A stretch of DNA of 64,000 nucleotides, taken from NCBI RefSeq assembly GCF_006345805.1, contig NC_043001.1:23622001-23686000 (forward strand), written 5' to 3'. This document shows, in pieces, positions 58,790-64,000 of the stretch. A program made the translations under genes and the position numbers. Each line of letters opens with the position of its first letter. The first letter of the stretch is position 1. This DNA comes from Octopus sinensis (Eukaryota). The notes below the pieces were generated by a model that saw only the letters and a list, made by a program, of their open reading frames with translations, had not been told where the DNA came from and made no database searches.

Positions 58790-59350
58790 TTGAGAAACCA
58801 TCCCTTCAAGTGGTAAAGCAGTTACATTTACATTGGGTAACTTAATAACGTGACCAGGGAAATAAAGAAATGAAACAGTGAATTGCCATGGGCTGAGAAG
58901 CCTTCAAGAAGTTTTAAAATCAAAATGCTCCTGAGCTTTAAAAGACGAGTTTAGCAAAGTGCTGCGAGCCAACAATTTCTAACTAATAAATGTAGAAACA
59001 TGGAACCCGACAGAAGACTTAACAAGCAAGCCAAGACACTTCAATCATGTACAACACATTAAGCTTGGCATGATGTGGACAGCTATAAATCATCGAAACA
59101 GAATCCCCCTGCTCCACCAAAATAAAACTGATATCGTCTAATTGATAAAATCGTTAAAATGGGAGTTGGTTTGGACATGTCCGGAGGATGAATGACAAGT
59201 GGACGGAAAAGCTGACAGACCGGATTTGGAGAGACAGCGAGAGAAATGGAGGGCGACAACAACGAATAAGATAAATTGGATCGATTTGACAAACACTGCA
59301 GATTGATTACCTCAAACAGAAAGTAATACAAAAAGTAAAGTACAAAGCCT
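58790..59350 (+). mobile_element. RTE C-terminal fragment
   Basis: Degenerate translation IAMG.EAF, VETW, SWFGHVRRMNDKWTEKL; another remnant at 60140-60330(-). Confidence 0.65.
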
Positions 59351-59594
59351 TTACTTAGCAGTGGCTGATTCAATTGGTAGTAAAGATATATTTATGAAGT
59401 GTTCTGTACTCATGAAAAAGAATGGACCCACGCTAGTCATTAAGAAAGTGAAAGTAAAACAATTTTGAAATTGAAATAAAATGTTATTCACTTCGGTATA
59501 ATTCTATTGTTGTTTAAAATGTTTTATATTTTGCCATACATTCAGAGTTTTGATGTTGCTTATTCATTTTGAATTATATAAACGTAGATTGATA

Positions 59595-59968
59595 CTCTCT
59601 TTTACTTGTTTCAGTCATTTGACTGCGGCCATGCTGGAGCACCGCCTTTAATCGAGCAACTCAACCCCGGGACTTATTCATTGTAAGCCCAGTACTTATT
59701 CTATCGGTCTCTTTTGCCGAACCGCTAAGTGACGGGGACATAAACACACCAGCATCGGTTGTCAAGCAATGCTAGGGTGACAAACACAAACATATATATA
59801 TACATATATACGACGGGCTTCTTTCAGTTTCCATCTACCAAATCCACTCATAAGGCTTTGGTCGGTCCGAGGCTATAGTAGAAGACACTTGCCCAAGGTG
59901 CCACGCAGTGGGACTGAACCCGGAACCATGTGGTTGGTAAACAAGCTACTTACCACACAGCCACTCCT
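59595..59968 (-). mobile_element. SINE family A
   Basis: Full reverse copy. Confidence 0.87.
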
Positions 59969-60914
59969 GAGTATGATGGGAGTACAAATAAGTATGATTG
60001 AATCCCATCTAGATGAGTTTCTTTGGAGCAAAAATTAAGAGAAAATAGGGGTTGAATGTTTTCAGAACATTCTAAAACAGCTTTCGGAATGGTTTACTTT
60101 TGCATAACATTTTATTTCAATTTCAAAATAGGTTTTATTTTCACTTAATGACTTTAGCGCGGGTCCACTTTTCTTTATTAGTATCGTATCTTTCAACACC
60201 CAAAGGCCACATAAATTCTGCCAGATACATTAACAGCATGTTGGTAATCATTCTTGTAATGGTTCCGGATCCTATCTTCGTTATTTGTCGCATACTTTTC
60301 ATGCGACTTCTAGTTGTTCTCCTCACTGGGTCAATGTTTAACTGCGGTTAAACAATGCGGTATGTTGCTCATTTGCGAGAGTATACAGTGGTAAGAAGCT
60401 TGCTTCTCAACTGCATGGTTCTAGGTTCAGTCCCACTGCATGTCACCTTCGGCAAGTGTCTTCTACTATAGCCTCGGGTCGACCAAAGCTTTGTGAGTGG
60501 ATTTGGGAGACGGAAACTGAAAGAATCCTGTTTGTGTGTGTGTGTGCTTTTGTGTCTGTATTTGTCCCTTCACTGCTTGATAACCGATGTTGGTGTTTAC
60601 AGCCTTGAAATCTAGCGGTTCGGCAAAAGAGAGCGATAGATTAAGTACCAGGATTTTAAAAAAATAAGTATTAGAGTCGATTCATTCGATTACAAATTCT
60701 TCAAGGCCGCAGTCTAATGAGTGAAACAAGTAAAAGATAAAAGATATTTCTTACATTTATCCTTAAATTAAATAGTAAAAAAAAAAAAAAAAAAAAAATC
60801 AAAGTTGCTGCACCCCTTGTTGCGCCTCAATAAAATTCCATGCCCAGACAATTTCCATCAGCCCAAACTCCGACTGCTCACGTACCATATTACCAAAGTG
60901 ACACTTCTTGCAAA

Positions 60915-61250
60915 GTATAGTATAGGAGCACTCCGTCGGTTACGACGACGAGGGTCCCAGCTGATACGATCAACGGAACAGCTTGCTCGTGGAATTAACG
61001 TGCAAGTGACTGAGCAATCCACAGACACGAGTACCCTTAACGTAGTTCTCAAGGAGATTCAGCGTGACACAGAGTGTGAAAAGGCTAACCCTTTGAAATA
61101 CAGGTACAACTCATTTTTGTCAGCTGAGTGGACTGGAGCAACGTGAAATAAAGTGTCTTGCTCAAGGACACAACGCATCGCCGGGAATCGAACTCACGAC
61201 CTTACAATCGTCAGTCGAATGCCCTAACCACTAAGCCATGCGCCTTCACT
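60915..61250 (-). mobile_element. tRNA-derived SINE family D, full length with 12-bp TSD
   Basis: TSD acttcttgcaaa at 60903-60914 and 61251-61262; tRNA-like head at the right end; GTTGTGTCCTTGAGCAAGACAC core. Relatives near 26760-27075(-), 32250-32620(-), 37035-37320(+), 37710-37822(+), 49850-50160(-). Confidence 0.88.
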
Positions 61251-61718
61251 ACTTCTTGCAAAAGATTCTGCTATCTCAACAATGACTCCCGACACATCAA
61301 GTTGCGTATCGAGATTCGCAGGATCCACTATGAGCTAATTTCACAAGGTGCCCATTTCTAGTCCGACCACTGTCGTCTGGAGTCAGTTCATACCGATTCA
61401 TCAGAAACTGATGAGTAGCCGTATCCTTTCCAATGAGTGAAGTAAGTTTAGTACTTGAGGAAATTTGAGTTGGGGATTTAGAGAAAAGTTCTCTCTCTGA
61501 GCCTCACTTCTTTCCTAATAACAGCAACTGGTAGAACGGTGCAGAAGCCAAAACTGGCGAGCTGGCTGCGGGCCATCTGAAGTGGGTTGTTTAAGGTTCG
61601 TAGGGCGCTCATTTTGCAAAGCTTTGGCTGGGCATGGAATCAGTAAAAAGTATCAGTGGAGGAAACAAGTTCCGTCACTGAAGTTATAGAGAAAGCGATT
61701 AAACGTTTACTTTAACAC

Positions 61719-62498
61719 CCGGCCACGAAAAAAGAAAAAAAAAAGTGTAGTAGGTGTAAAAAAAATGTGTATAAAACGAATATGAAAACAAAAAATTGCA
61801 CTAACGAATCGGGGGTGGTTGGGTGAGAAGAGGACTTTCAGAAAATTCACACGATCCGATTTTTTCCCTCATAACTTTTAGGAAAATGGATATCTTTTAA
61901 TGAAATTTTATATAAATACCTTTCAAACGGTATAGATTACGATTATAAAGAAATTTGTGGGGATAATTCTTTTCAGAGTTGGCGCATTTTTTTATACTGT
62001 AAAACATTCAACATAGCTCTTCTAACCCCCCCAACGGTGATGTGCTATAAACAATAGTTAAATAGCTCTTAACTTTTTTCTATAGTGAAACCATATTCAA
62101 CACCGTATTAATGAAACTGTTTCTCTCACCATGATACATAGGATCTTTTAAAAAACCTTTTTTATTACTCAAACGAAAAATATATGAATCTAGACATTTC
62201 TTTTTCAAAGTTTTTTCCCCACCAAAATAATTTATAAATTTCTTTTTTTTCGAAAGTCCTCTTCTCACTTGCGAAAAAAAAAAAAATCCCCACAAATTTC
62301 TTTAATAATCGTAATCTATGCCGTTTGAAAGGTATTTATATAAAATTTCATTAAAAGATATCCATTTTTCTAAAAGTTACGAAGGAAAAAATCGGATCTT
62401 GTGAATTTTCCGAAAGTTTTCTTCCCAACACACCCAATTCGTTAGCGCAAATTTTTGTTTTCATACTAGTTTAATACACGTTTTTTTTTTGTGGTCGG
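61719..62498. mobile_element. Foldback element with about 245-bp inverted arms
   Basis: Arms at about 61719-61963 and 62285-62498; shares motifs (TAGGTGTAAAA, AAAATTCACACGATCCGATTTTTTCCC, GAAAATGGATAT) with 5983-6987. Confidence 0.8.
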
Positions 62499-63030
62499 AA
62501 AGCTACTAGAGTGGCTTTGGACACAAAAAGGCGGCGTGTTGTTGCTGCAATGGATGCAAGTCGGGGCTCAATCAATCCCGGCTGAATCAACTGGGTCCAA
62601 TGTGGAAAAACTCGAAACATCCTGCGACCCCATGAACATCGCAGACGATGTTTCCCAGAGCATCCGAAAAATATATCTCGCAACATAGAGATTTTGCATG
62701 GACACCTTCAACTTCGCCTGTAATTTTAGGTGCAGTAAAGAAGTGTAATTATTGTTCTTGATTGCAGGACATGGCTGTTCTCACTCATAAACATAAATCA
62801 TCGATTGAAGTTACTCGAGGAGCTTCTACGTGGTCGTTCGCTAGAAACAGCAGCTAAATCTTCTTTCAAACAAGCATCTACTGTCCGTTTTATAACGAAA
62901 TATGGGGATAATGATGGTAGTATAGGAGCAAAAAACGGAATAAATGCTTCTCTTCCACTTCCGTCAGTGCATGCATTAAATAAAAGGCGGTATAGTAGAG
63001 TGCGAGAAAATAGTTTTAAAATAACATAGA
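62495..63030 (+). pseudogene. Degenerate pogo/Tigger (CENP-B-type HTH) transposase fragment
   Basis: RKATRVALDTKRRRVVAAMD and WLFSL...SFKQASTVRFITKYG resemble HTH-psq and CENP-B HTH segments; stops and frameshifts present. Confidence 0.4.
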
Positions 63031-64000
63031 CACTTACATAGATAATCTTTCATGTTTGGAAAATAGGTAGAGGTATTTTCACTTTCACTATTGAAGGTGG
63101 TGGGAGCGAAACACGAATAAGTCCCGCGAGTTGATTGAATCAAAAGCAGCAAAATCAGTCATAGAGAATTTCGTTCGTTAAAAAAATTAGTGCCGTGTTT
63201 TATTAGAGTTCCCTCCTAATAAATAAATAAAAGCTTATCTTATGTAAATTACAATATGATAGAAACTACAAGCTGTTGGTTGAAGTTTAGAAGTTGGCGG
63301 CTCGAATGAAACGAATAACATTTCATATAAAAACCCATTTGAACTTAGTAATTGTATGAGATGTAACAGCTGCACTTTTGTTTGGTGTTTCTAATAGAGC
63401 AATACGGAAGTGTGTGCGTATATACACTGAGCAACAATTATCCCTTCACCGTCTTTGTTTTCCGTATAACTTTGGTAAAAGACGAATATTTTTTAATGAA
63501 ATTCCCCAGAGATATGTTTTAGATAATATAGATCATGTTGGAAAAAAAAACTGTAACAAAAACAAAACAAAAAATGTTTTGGAGGAGCTTTGGATAATCT
63601 CTCCTTCATCCACACTTTCGTTCCTCAACTTTTATACATACAACCAGCGCTGGTTTGTTTATATAACCGTAAATTAGAGGTTCGGCAAATAGAATCGATA
63701 AACAGGTAGTAGATTTACTGGAGGGGTTCAATTTTTCCAGCTAAACCAGACATGGGTAGCCTTTTTCGAGAAGCGGGCCGCATGGGACATGGTTCATCAT
63801 CAAACAGGATACAGGTTGCACACAAGTGAACTAAACCCTTCCTTCAAGGCAGTGCCACTTACTTGCATGATCGCAGTCCAGCGAATGGAACAAGTAATTG
63901 CGACACATACACATCACTCGGTGTATGCGAGCGAATGTAAATATCAAAGATAGAAACGCAAAGAGCGCTGATGAATTTTTTGTTCAATAAAAAGGAGAAA

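Overview
AT-rich, intron-rich eukaryotic genomic DNA, dense in SINEs, LINE fragments, MITEs and microsatellites. The repeat landscape resembles an Octopus (coleoid cephalopod) genome; this is an inference from recalled repeat families, not a database result. Two genes can be reconstructed. (1) EME1 (non-catalytic subunit of the MUS81 structure-specific endonuclease) on +, 10 coding exons from 9563 to 38106, all GT-AG and phase-compatible, about 492 aa. (2) A small MXRA7-like gene on -, tail-to-tail with EME1, with a clear terminal exon at 38949-39217 and likely upstream exons at 55200-55274 and 55739-55784. Most other ORFs in the track are microsatellite or retroelement artefacts. The most notable unexplained signal is a set of minimal type-I hammerhead-ribozyme motifs of the Penelope-associated kind in several unrelated small repeat families. 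One copy carries a tRNA-like Pol III head, which suggests a ribozyme-bearing, Penelope-mobilised SINE. Other oddities: multimeric SINEs, MITEs carrying TTAGGG repeats, a foldback element with SINE sequence in both arms, and a CpG-rich foreign segment fused to a LINE tail. Repeat coordinates are approximate (tens of bp) unless TSDs or TIRs are quoted. No CRISPR array, rRNA or intact tRNA gene is supported.
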